Assembly: GCA_965224505.1 (NCBI GenBank)
Contig: CBDCZL010000018.1
Coordinates: forward strand, 2,963,847 to 3,027,846
Length of the DNA: 64,000 nucleotides
DNA from: Woeseiaceae bacterium
Lineage (GTDB): Bacteria > Pseudomonadota > Gammaproteobacteria > Steroidobacterales > Woeseiaceae
Direction: 5' to 3'
The notes below the pieces were generated by a model. It searched no databases and was not told where the DNA came from. It saw only the letters and a program-made list of their open reading frames with translations. Below are positions 27,271 to 36,463 of the stretch, piece by piece. Each line of letters opens with the position of its first letter. The stretch's first letter is position 1. A program made the position numbers and the translations under genes.

Positions 27271-28431
27271 ATGACATTCGGTCGGCTGGTCCTGTTATCC
27301 ATTCTGGCCCTGATCCTTGTGACCGGAGTGGCGCATGCTTCGGATGCCAGGAAACTGAATCAGGCGATAGCCGACTTTAAGAAGGCGATGGCAGAAGGAT
27401 CCGTCGTCGCGCAGCTGAGCGCGGCCCAAAGGTCGTTCGACCTCGGCGAAGATTATTTCGAAAAGTCGGACCCACGGCGCATCACCCTGTCAATGAATCT
27501 CGCCGTGCTGCTCGCGAATACCATGCAAGTTGATGCTGCGCGTCTTCAGTTAGAGAAAACATTGAAGATTGGGGAGGACGTCTACGGCAAGCATTCAGTC
27601 GCATTGGTTCCAATGCTTGAAAAGCTCGTGGAAATCAGCGACCCATTTTCGGATAGCAGGCGCCAGCGCAAGTATCTGGATCGAATTATCCAATTGAACA
27701 GCCGTACCTACGGCAAAGAGAGCGCGGAGTACGCGTCGTCGCTCGAATACGCGGCGAGAGAGATGAAAAGTCCGCTACTGCGCAGGCAGAAGGAGAGCTA
27801 TTTCAAGAAAGCGCTCAAAGCGCGGACCGATTTCGCAGGGCATGTCGACATAATGGCAGCGCGTACTGCGCAAGAGCTGGGACGGGAGTATAAGGCCTGG
27901 CGAAAGCGCGATTGGGCAATATCCGCCTACGAAACGGCGCTGGAGGGTTTTGAGAATTCCGAGGACACGACGGATTCAGAGTTGCTCGCGGTACACAGGG
28001 AATTATTCGAGCTGCTGTCGAGCACCGGCAGGACGAAACGAGCCGATCAACATCTGGCGAAACTTAAGGAGCTGCGTAACACAAGCGGTGCTCAAAAGCC
28101 GTTGCGGATCTGGTCTCCGGAAATAGTGTGGCCCCCTGGTGTGGATTACTCAGAGCACGCAATCTGGGTACGAGTCAGGTTCACCGTCGATGAGAACGGC
28201 AATGTATCGGAACCTGTCGTGGATGGCAGCGGCGTGGAAGAGACGTCCCCCGTCCCCGGAACGCACGCTCACTTCAGGGCGCCACCTTTGGACAGCGAGA
28301 TGCGTAAGTTCGAGATTGAAGCCAGAAAGTACGTGCAGCGCTGTCGATACTTGCCAGCAACAGTCGATGGGACTGAAGTGGCATCGGAAGAGGTGGTGCA
28401 AACGGTCCTTTTCGCCAAGGTGGCGAGTTAA
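27271..28431 (+). CDS. TPR-like repeat protein with a TonB-C-like C-terminal domain
   Basis: ORF 27229..28431, with a probable start MTFGRLVLLSILALILVTGVAHA (signal). Helical repeats are followed by a C-terminal segment, WPPGVDYSEHAIWVRVRFTVDENGNVSEPVV, resembling TonB C-terminal domains. Confidence 0.5.
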   Translation: MTFGRLVLLSILALILVTGVAHASDARKLNQAIADFKKAMAEGSVVAQLSAAQRSFDLGEDYFEKSDPRRITLSMNLAVLLANTMQVDAARLQLEKTLKIGEDVYGKHSVALVPMLEKLVEISDPFSDSRRQRKYLDRIIQLNSRTYGKESAEYASSLEYAAREMKSPLLRRQKESYFKKALKARTDFAGHVDIMAARTAQELGREYKAWRKRDWAISAYETALEGFENSEDTTDSELLAVHRELFELLSSTGRTKRADQHLAKLKELRNTSGAQKPLRIWSPEIVWPPGVDYSEHAIWVRVRFTVDENGNVSEPVVDGSGVEETSPVPGTHAHFRAPPLDSEMRKFEIEARKYVQRCRYLPATVDGTEVASEEVVQTVLFAKVAS

Positions 28432-28646
28432 CGGCAAGGATCGCCTCTATAGTCTTCCTGCGCCACTGATCAAGGGTCAGCCCTAAACCGGGTGGCTGGG
28501 CACTGACGGTTCTCGGAATCTATCCGATTTCGGCCTCGAGAGCACTAATGGGGTGTTTGTCCAACGAGCGTCGATATTGAGGCAGCAATCGTCGGTCACG
28601 ACGTGAATCGAACTGCCGCATCGGAGTTGGAATACCCATGTGCCAG

Positions 28647-29462
28647 TTATGCCTTGCTCCTGCCGCCGTCAACGATAATTTCCTGTCCGGTAATCATAGA
28701 CGATGAATCGGAGGCCAGAAAAAGCGTAGGCCCGGCAATATGCCACCCGTTCAGTTTCTCGCCGATGCACTGTTCAGAGAGACACGTCTTCAGGTCTTCG
28801 TCGTTTGCCCAGAGCTCGACCTGTTTGCTGGTCAACACCCAGCCGGGAGTCAATACATTGGCGCGGATCAGAAAGGGGCCCAGCTCTCGAGCAAGAGCCC
28901 GAGTCAGGCCAACGATTCCGCCTTTGCTCGCTACGTACGCGGGATAGCCTCCAAGACCAAGGTTAAAAGAGTTCGAACCCATATTAATAATGCTACCGCC
29001 TCCCGCTTTTTTCATACCGTCCAATGCAAATTGCACGGTGAAAAAATGCGGCCGGAGGTTGGTCGCCATACTGTCGTCCCACTGTTCATCGGAAAACTGA
29101 TCGACCGTATGCCGAGTGTCTCTCGCTGCGTTATTGATCAGCACATCGATCGCGCCGGTCGCCTTTACGAAATCGTCTATTGTGTGTCGCAACTTATCAA
29201 GCTCGCGGATATCACACTGAGCCGCCGTCGGGCGGACTCCCGTTTGAGTCTCGATCTCCTTCACCAGCCTCTCTGCGGACTCCTTGTGCAGAGAAACGAA
29301 GCCCACCTGGCACCCCTGGGCTGCAAATGCTGCGGTTAGAAAAGCGCCGATACCGGATCCGCCGCCGGTGATAAAGACGCGCTTCCCCTGCAGGTCGGGG
29401 TAAGTCGGAAGCGCCTCCATACCGGGCACGTCGTAAACGTCGTCGTAAAAAAAGTTGGTCAT
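28647..29462 (-). CDS. SDR-family oxidoreductase (candidate sugar 1-dehydrogenase)
   Basis: Motifs TGGGSGIG, NNAA and YVASK. It is divergent from the dehydratase operon. Confidence 0.85.
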   Translation of the reverse strand: MTNFFYDDVYDVPGMEALPTYPDLQGKRVFITGGGSGIGAFLTAAFAAQGCQVGFVSLHKESAERLVKEIETQTGVRPTAAQCDIRELDKLRHTIDDFVKATGAIDVLINNAARDTRHTVDQFSDEQWDDSMATNLRPHFFTVQFALDGMKKAGGGSIINMGSNSFNLGLGGYPAYVASKGGIVGLTRALARELGPFLIRANVLTPGWVLTSKQVELWANDEDLKTCLSEQCIGEKLNGWHIAGPTLFLASDSSSMITGQEIIVDGGRSKA

Positions 29463-29502
29463 TCGTCCTTATTCACTTGCGCAACAATGTCAAAACTGTA
29501 TT

Positions 29503-29516
29503 ATTTATCATATAAA
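29503..29516. promoter_or_regulatory. Operator-like motif TTTATCATATAAA in the SDR/dehydratase divergent region
   Basis: It shares the 10-mer ATCATATAAA with the sites at 36404..36413 and 44504..44513. Confidence 0.35.
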
Positions 29517-29597
29517 AAGACAAGAGAGACTTACATTGAGCGTTCGCTTGGTCACTTTCGACACCGGTACGCCTCTGTCTTCAGTTCGAGACGCTAC

Positions 29598-31316
29598 ATG
29601 AGCAAGAAGCTTAGAAGCCATGATAGTTATGGCAAGCAGGATAAGGATGGGTTCATTCATCGTAGCTGGATGAAGTCACTGGGCCTGCCCGATGACGTAT
29701 TCGATGGAAGACCGGTTGTCGGGATCTGCAATACGTGGTCTGAGCTGACACCGTGCAACCAGGGCCTCAGGAAACTGGCAGATCATGTCAAGCGCGGGGT
29801 CTGGGAAGCCGGTGGGCTGCCATTGGAATTTCCCGTTATGTCACTGGGCGAAACGCAAATGCGCCCGACAGCCATGCTCTATCGAAACCTCTTATCGATG
29901 GATGTTGAGGAGTCGATTCGCGGCAACCCCATTGACGGTGTTGTACTTCTTGGGGGTTGTGACAAGACCACACCAGGCCAGCTTATGGGTGCCGCCAGCG
30001 TCGATCTGCCCACACTGGTCGTATCGTCGGGGCCGATGCTCAATGGCAAGCACTGCGGATTGAATATCGGGTCTGGGACTGACGTATGGCGATATTCAGA
30101 TGCGGTCAGGGCCGGAACGATATCGAGGGAGGAATTCGCCGAACTTGAGACCGGTATGTCCCGCAGCGCTGGCACGTGCATGACAATGGGAAGCGCGTCC
30201 ACCTTTGCCTGCATTGTTGAAGCCATGGGGTTGTCGCTGAGCATGAATGCAACTCTACCGGCTGTCGACTCTCGTCGAGCAACAATGTCACACCTGACCG
30301 GACGTGCAATCGTGTCGGCCATTCATGCAGACGCTCGGTTGTCATCGATACTGACGCGCTCACATTTTAAGAATGCCGTAATAATGCATGCAGCGACCGG
30401 CGGATCTACGAATGCGATCATTCATCTGCTGGCACTCGCCGGGCGCGTTGGCATCGAGTTGTCCCTGGCCGACTTCGACGAATGGGGTCGCAAGGTTCCA
30501 TTGTTGCTCAATCTGCAACCTTCCGGGACGTATCTGATGGAAGACTTTCACTATGCGGGCGGAGTGCCGGCGCTGCTTTCCCGGCTTACGGAGCATCTGG
30601 ACTTAAGCGCAATCTGCGTCACAGGTGAAACGCTCGCGAAACGATTCGAGGACGCTAAGGTATTTAACGACGATGTCATACGTCCGTTAGTCGACTCCGT
30701 AAAGGACCACTCGGGGGCGTGGGTTCTGAAAGGCAATGTTGCTCCTGGCGGGGCGATCATTAAGCCGAACGCCGCCACGAAGGAATTGCTAAGACACAAA
30801 GGCCGTGCCGTTGTGTTCGAATCCATTGAGGACTACAAAGCGCGAATCGACGATCCTGATCTCGATGTCGACGAAACCTGCGTTCTCGTTCTCAAGGGGT
30901 GTGGACCAAAGGGGTACCCGGGCATGCCCGAGGTCGGCAATTTCGGATTGCCGAAAAAACTCCTTGAGGCCGGAGTTAGAGATATGGTTCGAATCAGTGA
31001 CGCAAGAATGAGCGGAACGGCGTTTGGAACGGTGGTTCTACACGTCTCTCCGGAGTCTTCAGCCGGGGGGTGTCTGGCATTGATTCGCGATGGCGATATT
31101 GTGGAGCTGGACGGGCCGAATCGGCGACTGCAATTGCATGTATCGGACGCCGAGCTCCAACGAAGACGTCAGCAGCAGAACCAAACGCCTCCGAATGTGC
31201 CCACTCGTGGCTATGCCAGGCTCTATGTCGATCATGTTCAACAAGCGCATCTCGGTGCCGACTTTGATTTTCTGGTCGGATGCAGCGGGGCCAGCGTGGA
31301 TAGAGAGTCCCATTAG
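29598..31316 (+). CDS. IlvD/Edd-family sugar-acid dehydratase
   Basis: ORF 29487..31316, with a likely ATG at 29598 (MSKKLRSHD...). Family motifs: GICNTWSELTPCN, GGCDKTTPG, PGGAIIK, and RISDARMSGTAFGT near the C-terminus. Confidence 0.9.
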   Translation: MSKKLRSHDSYGKQDKDGFIHRSWMKSLGLPDDVFDGRPVVGICNTWSELTPCNQGLRKLADHVKRGVWEAGGLPLEFPVMSLGETQMRPTAMLYRNLLSMDVEESIRGNPIDGVVLLGGCDKTTPGQLMGAASVDLPTLVVSSGPMLNGKHCGLNIGSGTDVWRYSDAVRAGTISREEFAELETGMSRSAGTCMTMGSASTFACIVEAMGLSLSMNATLPAVDSRRATMSHLTGRAIVSAIHADARLSSILTRSHFKNAVIMHAATGGSTNAIIHLLALAGRVGIELSLADFDEWGRKVPLLLNLQPSGTYLMEDFHYAGGVPALLSRLTEHLDLSAICVTGETLAKRFEDAKVFNDDVIRPLVDSVKDHSGAWVLKGNVAPGGAIIKPNAATKELLRHKGRAVVFESIEDYKARIDDPDLDVDETCVLVLKGCGPKGYPGMPEVGNFGLPKKLLEAGVRDMVRISDARMSGTAFGTVVLHVSPESSAGGCLALIRDGDIVELDGPNRRLQLHVSDAELQRRRQQQNQTPPNVPTRGYARLYVDHVQQAHLGADFDFLVGCSGASVDRESH

Positions 31317-31333
31317 CCTAACGATGAAGGAAT

Positions 31334-31984
31334 TTGAGTTTGAATTCAGAAGAATTGTTTCGAATAAGCGTCGAGGAACTCCCTCTCTTCGCAATTCTGA
31401 GAGGGCTGCCACCCGAGGATGCCGTGCGGGTTGGCGAACGCCTCGTCGAGGCCGGCTTTCGTATCCTGGAAGTACCGATGAACTCACCCAAACCGCTCGA
31501 GTCAATCCGGATTCTGAGCGAGCGGTTCGGCTCAAACGTTCTGGTTGGTGCCGGCACCGTACTCGATTCGGAAGCGGCGGATGCAGTTCTCTCAAACGGC
31601 GGGAGGCTAGTCGTTTCGCCAAACGCAAACCCGGACGTGATCCGTACGACCGTGGACGGCGGCGCAATTTCGGTGCCCGGTTGCCTGACACCGACCGAGG
31701 CATTTGCAGCTCTGGATGCTGGCGCTCATGGAATAAAGATATTTCCGGCTGAGCTGGTTCCTCCATCCGGAATCAAGGCGCTTCGTGCGGTATTGCCGAT
31801 AGACATATCGGTGTTCGTTGTCGGAGGAGTGAATGCCAGGAATATGCAGGCCTATCTGGATGGCGGAGCGACCGGCTTCGGTATCGGCTCCGCACTCTAC
31901 AAGCCAGGTAAACCTATTGAGCAAATCGATTTCGATGCTCGCAGTCAGATCCACGAGTTTACGAGTTTACGAGGGACGAATTAG
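31334..31984 (+). CDS. dgoA: 2-dehydro-3-deoxy-6-phosphogalactonate (KDPGal)-type aldolase
   Basis: 216 aa with LFAILRGLPPEDA...FRILEVPMNSPKPLESI...VGAGTV...PGCLTPTEAF...GIKIFPA, resembling DgoA within the KDPG/KHG aldolase family. Confidence 0.65.
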   Translation: MSLNSEELFRISVEELPLFAILRGLPPEDAVRVGERLVEAGFRILEVPMNSPKPLESIRILSERFGSNVLVGAGTVLDSEAADAVLSNGGRLVVSPNANPDVIRTTVDGGAISVPGCLTPTEAFAALDAGAHGIKIFPAELVPPSGIKALRAVLPIDISVFVVGGVNARNMQAYLDGGATGFGIGSALYKPGKPIEQIDFDARSQIHEFTSLRGTN

Positions 31985-33019
31985 ATGAACAAACGAGTAG
32001 TGACGCTGGGCGAGGTAATGCTTCGTCTAAGCGCGCCGGGGTATGAGCGATTTCTGCAAAGGGACCGATTCAATGCGACCTTTGGCGGCGGTGAAGCGAA
32101 CGTCGCGGCAAGCCTCTCAAACTATGGCGTCGATGCGGAATTTGTCACCGCCTTGCCCGATCATGAGGTCGCAAGACAGTGTGAGCGCCAACTAAGGGCG
32201 TTTGGCGTCAGCACCGACAACATTTATTGGGGGGGTGGACGAATGGGCGTCTATTTCGTTGAACCCGGTTGCAACCAGCGGCCGAGCAAGGTGATCTACG
32301 ATCGAGATCACACCGCAATCTCGACGGTCTCTGACGGTGTGTTCGACTGGAGAGCGATCTTTGAAGATGCAGACTGGTTTCACATCACGGGAATTACTCC
32401 TGCGTTGTCGCAGTCTGCCGCGGACCTCTCATTGGCGGCGGTCAAAGCCGCCAAACGCTATGGGACGCGCGTTTCCTGCGATTTGAACTATCGGGCAAAA
32501 CTTTGGAACTACGGCCGGAACGTCGAAGACATCATGGGCGAGCTGGTGTCACATATCGATGTGTGTATCGCTAACGAGGAGGACTGCCAGAAGGCACTCG
32601 GAGTTTTCGTCGAGGGAATCGATGTCCACCATGGCAAGCTGGACGTGCAACGCTACGAGCGGTTGTCCGAGGTCGTGCTGAACGAGTTTTCCGGTCTGGA
32701 CTCGATTGCGATCACGCTGCGGGAGTCGCGTTCCGCATCTCACAATGGCTGGTCGGCCTGTTTCAGAGACAGATCCGGTTTCTACCACTCGAAACACTAT
32801 GAAATTACCGACATTGTCGACCGTGTCGGTGGCGGCGACAGTTTTGGCGGCGGGTTGATCTACGGTCTGCTCACCTATGAGGACCGGCAACAAAGCCTGG
32901 AGTTTGCTGTAGCAGGAAGCTGCCTGAAGCATTCAATCTACGGCGATTTCAATCGATTCACGGCGGCTGAGGTCGAGCATTTGATGGGCGGCGACGCGTC
33001 CGGCCGCGTGCAGCGATGA
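31985..33019 (+). CDS. PfkB-family 2-keto-3-deoxy-sugar-acid kinase
   Basis: 344 aa with TLGEVMLRL...GGGEANVA... and C-terminal [16 protein letters not shown]. Confidence 0.8.
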   Translation: MNKRVVTLGEVMLRLSAPGYERFLQRDRFNATFGGGEANVAASLSNYGVDAEFVTALPDHEVARQCERQLRAFGVSTDNIYWGGGRMGVYFVEPGCNQRPSKVIYDRDHTAISTVSDGVFDWRAIFEDADWFHITGITPALSQSAADLSLAAVKAAKRYGTRVSCDLNYRAKLWNYGRNVEDIMGELVSHIDVCIANEEDCQKALGVFVEGIDVHHGKLDVQRYERLSEVVLNEFSGLDSIAITLRESRSASHNGWSACFRDRSGFYHSKHYEITDIVDRVGGGDSFGGGLIYGLLTYEDRQQSLEFAVAGSCLKHSIYGDFNRFTAAEVEHLMGGDASGRVQR

Positions 33020-33044
33020 AGCCCGCACCAGGTAGAGGAATCTC

Positions 33045-34610
33045 GTGCGACTAGCTACCCTCGATATCGGTGTAATACTTGCCTATGCCCTTTTTATCAT
33101 CGGCCTTGCACAGTGGGTAAGCCGCAAGCATGGTGTGGAAGGAAGGAGCACCAGCGACTATTTTCTCGCGGGAAAATCCCTTCCCTGGTGGGCGATCGGA
33201 ACGTCGCTGATCGCCGCCAACATATCGGCTGAGCAGATCATCGGTATGTCGGGATCCGGATTTGCTCTGGGCCTTGGCATCGCCAGCTACGAATGGATGG
33301 CGGCCATCACACTCCTGATTGTCGGCAAGTATTTTTTACCCATCTTCCTGCACCAGGGCATCTACACAATGCCCCAATACCTGGAGCGACGATACGACCA
33401 TTCGGTTCGAATGGTGATGGCCGTGTTCTGGCTTGGGGTGTACGTCTTCGTAAACCTGACGTCAATCTTGTGGCTTGGAGCGCTCGCGCTTAATTCAATC
33501 GCAGGCGTGGACATGTTTCACGGCATGATCGTCCTGGCGTTCCTGGCAGTAGCCTACTCGCTGTATGGCGGTCTGAAAGCTGTGGCGTTGACCGATATTG
33601 TTCAGGTCATTCTGCTTGTCGCCGGGGGATTGATTGTGTGCGCCCTCGCTTTGGATCAGATTTCCGGCGGTGCCGGAGCTGTCGCCGGTTTCAAAGAGCT
33701 GACGAAAGCTCGCCCCGACCTTTTCGATATGATTCTCTCTCCCGACAACCCTCATTACCAGAGTCTTCCAGGAATCTCAGTGCTGGTCGGTGGTTTGTGG
33801 GTCATGAACATCTCGTACTGGGGGTGTAATCAGTACATCATTCAGCGTGCACTCGCTGCGAAATCTGTCAGCGAGGCCCAAAAGGGCATCGTGCTCGCTG
33901 CGGCATTGAAACTACTCGTGCCCGTATTGGTCGTATTTCCGGGCATCGCAGCTGCAGTGCTTGTTCCGGATCTCGCCAAACCCGATCAGGCTTATGCGGA
34001 GATGATGAAGCTTGTGCCGGCAGGAATTCGGGGGCTGGTCTTCGCGGCCCTGATCGCGGCGATTCTCTCCTCATTAGGGTCGATGATGAACAGCGTATCG
34101 ACCATTTTCACGATGGATATCTACCGGCACTTCCGACCTGACACCTCTGAGGAGATTCTTGTTCGCGTTGGAAGAGGGGTGGCGCTCGGCGCAATTCTGG
34201 TTGCGGTCGTCATCGCTCGACCGCTGTTGGCGGGTTTCGATCAGGCCTTTCAGTTTATTCAGGAATTCACCGGGTTCTTTACGCCGGGTGTCGTCGTCCT
34301 GTTTATCTTTGGATTGTTCTGGCGCGGCATGACAACGAAGGGGGCTCTTGTGGCTGCCGTCGGATCAGCCGCTTTTTCAATCGTACTGAAATTGGCGTGG
34401 CCGACATTGCCATTTATGGACCGAGTCGGGCTGGTTTTCCTACTTTGCGCTGCACTTGGCGTCGCCGTCTCCAGGTTTGAGTCCGTTCGAGTTCAGGCCG
34501 ATGATCAAACGGAGCTGTCGCGTGTCAATTTTGGCACATCAAGCGCATTTAATGCGTCGGCTGTCGCAATATCGTTGGTGGTGATTGCCCTGTACGCTAC
34601 GTGGTGGTAG
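33045..34610 (+). CDS. Sodium:solute symporter (SSS/SGLT family)
   Basis: 521 aa, polytopic. Motifs: YFLAGKSLPWWAIGTSLIAANISAEQIIG and WGCNQYIIQRALAAKS. Confidence 0.85.
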   Translation: MRLATLDIGVILAYALFIIGLAQWVSRKHGVEGRSTSDYFLAGKSLPWWAIGTSLIAANISAEQIIGMSGSGFALGLGIASYEWMAAITLLIVGKYFLPIFLHQGIYTMPQYLERRYDHSVRMVMAVFWLGVYVFVNLTSILWLGALALNSIAGVDMFHGMIVLAFLAVAYSLYGGLKAVALTDIVQVILLVAGGLIVCALALDQISGGAGAVAGFKELTKARPDLFDMILSPDNPHYQSLPGISVLVGGLWVMNISYWGCNQYIIQRALAAKSVSEAQKGIVLAAALKLLVPVLVVFPGIAAAVLVPDLAKPDQAYAEMMKLVPAGIRGLVFAALIAAILSSLGSMMNSVSTIFTMDIYRHFRPDTSEEILVRVGRGVALGAILVAVVIARPLLAGFDQAFQFIQEFTGFFTPGVVVLFIFGLFWRGMTTKGALVAAVGSAAFSIVLKLAWPTLPFMDRVGLVFLLCAALGVAVSRFESVRVQADDQTELSRVNFGTSSAFNASAVAISLVVIALYATWW

Positions 34611-35521
34611 GCGGGGTCTTGTCCGCAAAGCTTCTATCGATCATCCGTGCGCGCAATACGCTGGGCGAGTGCGCGACCTGGGACAGTCGATCGCAGTGCC
34701 TCTGGTGGACAGATATTCAGGAACGCCGCCTCCTCCAACTCAAGTACGGCCGTTCCGAAATTCGAGAGTTCCCTCTCCCGGCCCGGCTCGCATCGTTCGG
34801 ACTCACCGAGGACGAAGATATCCTCCTTTGCGCGTTTGAGCGTTCAGTCGCATTGTTCTCGCCCAGCGAAGGCGCGGTAATTCGCACCGTGTATGAGCTA
34901 CCTGCAGGCACCACCGGAATACGATTCAACGATGGACGGACGGACCGGTCCGGTAGGTTCTGGTCTGGAACGATGTCCGAAAATAGAGACAATCAGGCGG
35001 ATTTGCTCGGCGAACTCTATTGTGTCACCGACGGGTCCACTACTTCGGTTCTCGACCGGGTGGGGATTTCCAACGGCCTTGCGTGGAGCCCCGATGGCAG
35101 CAGGATGTACTTTGCCGATTCGGCCAATCACGTCATTTACAGCTTCGACTACGACGCCGGTGTGCCGCGCAATCGGCAGGTGTTTGCGAGGTTATCTGAC
35201 GACCAGTACCCGGATGGCGCGACCGTCGACTCGGGGGGGTGTTTGTGGACGGCGGTGTGGGGCGCAGGCTCGGTTGTACAGTACTCGCCGGGTGGAGACG
35301 TAAATCAGCGTATCCGGTTGCCGGTTAGTCAACCGTCGTGCGTGGCGTTCGGGGGGCAGGCGATGGATCTGCTATTCGTTACCACCGCCAGAGAGGGGCT
35401 AACGCCTGATGCATTGCGAACGGAAACAAGCGCAGGCGATTTGTTCGTTTATGAAACACAGACCAGGGGGCTTCGCGAGCCGGAGTACTCAGGTAACATA
35501 GCGGTAACAACGAATTGGTAG
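34601..35521 (+). CDS. SMP-30/gluconolactonase/LRE-family lactonase
   Basis: 306 aa with LGECATWD...LWWTDI, NDGRTDRSGRFW, SNGLAWSPDG and PDGATVDSGGCLW. Confidence 0.8.
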   Translation: MVVGGVLSAKLLSIIRARNTLGECATWDSRSQCLWWTDIQERRLLQLKYGRSEIREFPLPARLASFGLTEDEDILLCAFERSVALFSPSEGAVIRTVYELPAGTTGIRFNDGRTDRSGRFWSGTMSENRDNQADLLGELYCVTDGSTTSVLDRVGISNGLAWSPDGSRMYFADSANHVIYSFDYDAGVPRNRQVFARLSDDQYPDGATVDSGGCLWTAVWGAGSVVQYSPGGDVNQRIRLPVSQPSCVAFGGQAMDLLFVTTAREGLTPDALRTETSAGDLFVYETQTRGLREPEYSGNIAVTTNW

Positions 35522-36249
35522 CGAAAATGCCGGATACAGATTCCCGATTTGCAGGTCGAAACCTCACCTGGCGAATTACTCAGCAGCTTGGTGTCGAAAT
35601 CGTCGCGGGAGAGTATTCGCAGGGCAAAGCGTTTCCAACCGAAGCAGAACTGTGTGAACGCTATGGCGCCAGCCGAAGCGTACTGCGTGAAGCTGTGAAG
35701 ATGTTGACGGCCAAAGGCTTATTGTCTGCGAGGCCGCGACAGGGCACGCGTGTGGAACCGGAGAGTAACTGGAATCTGGTCGATTCCGATGTGCTTGGAT
35801 GGCTTTTGGAGAGAAAGTTTTCGGCGGATTTGATTGCCGAGTTCCTGCAGGTCCGTCGTGCCGTGGAACCGCATGCGGCCAGACTCGCAGCCCAGGATGC
35901 TTCGGATGACGACCGTGCGAGGATTCGAGAGGCATTTGAGCGGATGAGGGCCGCCGAAGTTGGGGACGATGATCCGCTGCTTTCGGATGTTGCATTTCAT
36001 GTGTCCATTCTCCAGGCCAGTGGAAACCGCTTTTTTCAGCAGTTGGAAAGCCTCGTCGAATCGGCATTACGGTACAGTATTCGTCTTACCAACAAATACA
36101 AAGGCGTAGCACTTGGCAGTGTCGATGATCACGAAGCCGTGCTACTGGCCATCGAGAACGGCGATGGTCAGGCTGCACACGATCGTCTGGCAGAGTTGAT
36201 TGACGAGGCCATTGTTATCGTTAGCGATGCGAAACCAGCGGCCCGCTAG
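35515..36249 (+). CDS. GntR/FadR-family transcriptional regulator
   Basis: N-terminal winged HTH (FPTEAELCERYGASRSVLREAVKML) and an FCD-type C-terminal domain. Confidence 0.85.
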   Translation: MVAKMPDTDSRFAGRNLTWRITQQLGVEIVAGEYSQGKAFPTEAELCERYGASRSVLREAVKMLTAKGLLSARPRQGTRVEPESNWNLVDSDVLGWLLERKFSADLIAEFLQVRRAVEPHAARLAAQDASDDDRARIREAFERMRAAEVGDDDPLLSDVAFHVSILQASGNRFFQQLESLVESALRYSIRLTNKYKGVALGSVDDHEAVLLAIENGDGQAAHDRLAELIDEAIVIVSDAKPAAR

Positions 36250-36386
36250 CAACGGTCGATAGCGCGCCAACGGTGTCTGCACGCACGAGATAAACGACAC
36301 CGGGTCCTTCTGGTAGCAAGACCGCGCGCAGTAACCCATTTGCCGATTTCGAATTCCTGGACGGGCACCAGTGAATTTGGATCGCC

Positions 36387-36415
36387 TTGACTTTATATGC
36401 TAAATCATATAAATA
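36387..36415 (+). promoter_or_regulatory. Sigma70-like promoter with an embedded dyad operator, upstream of the TonB receptor
   Basis: TTGACT-17 nt-TAAATA. The perfect 8-bp inverted repeat TTTATATG-N6-CATATAAA (36392..36413) overlaps the -10 element. Confidence 0.45.
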
Positions 36416-36463
36416 ATATACTTAATAATCGAATTCATCAGATCGATAATGGGGGATCAGATA

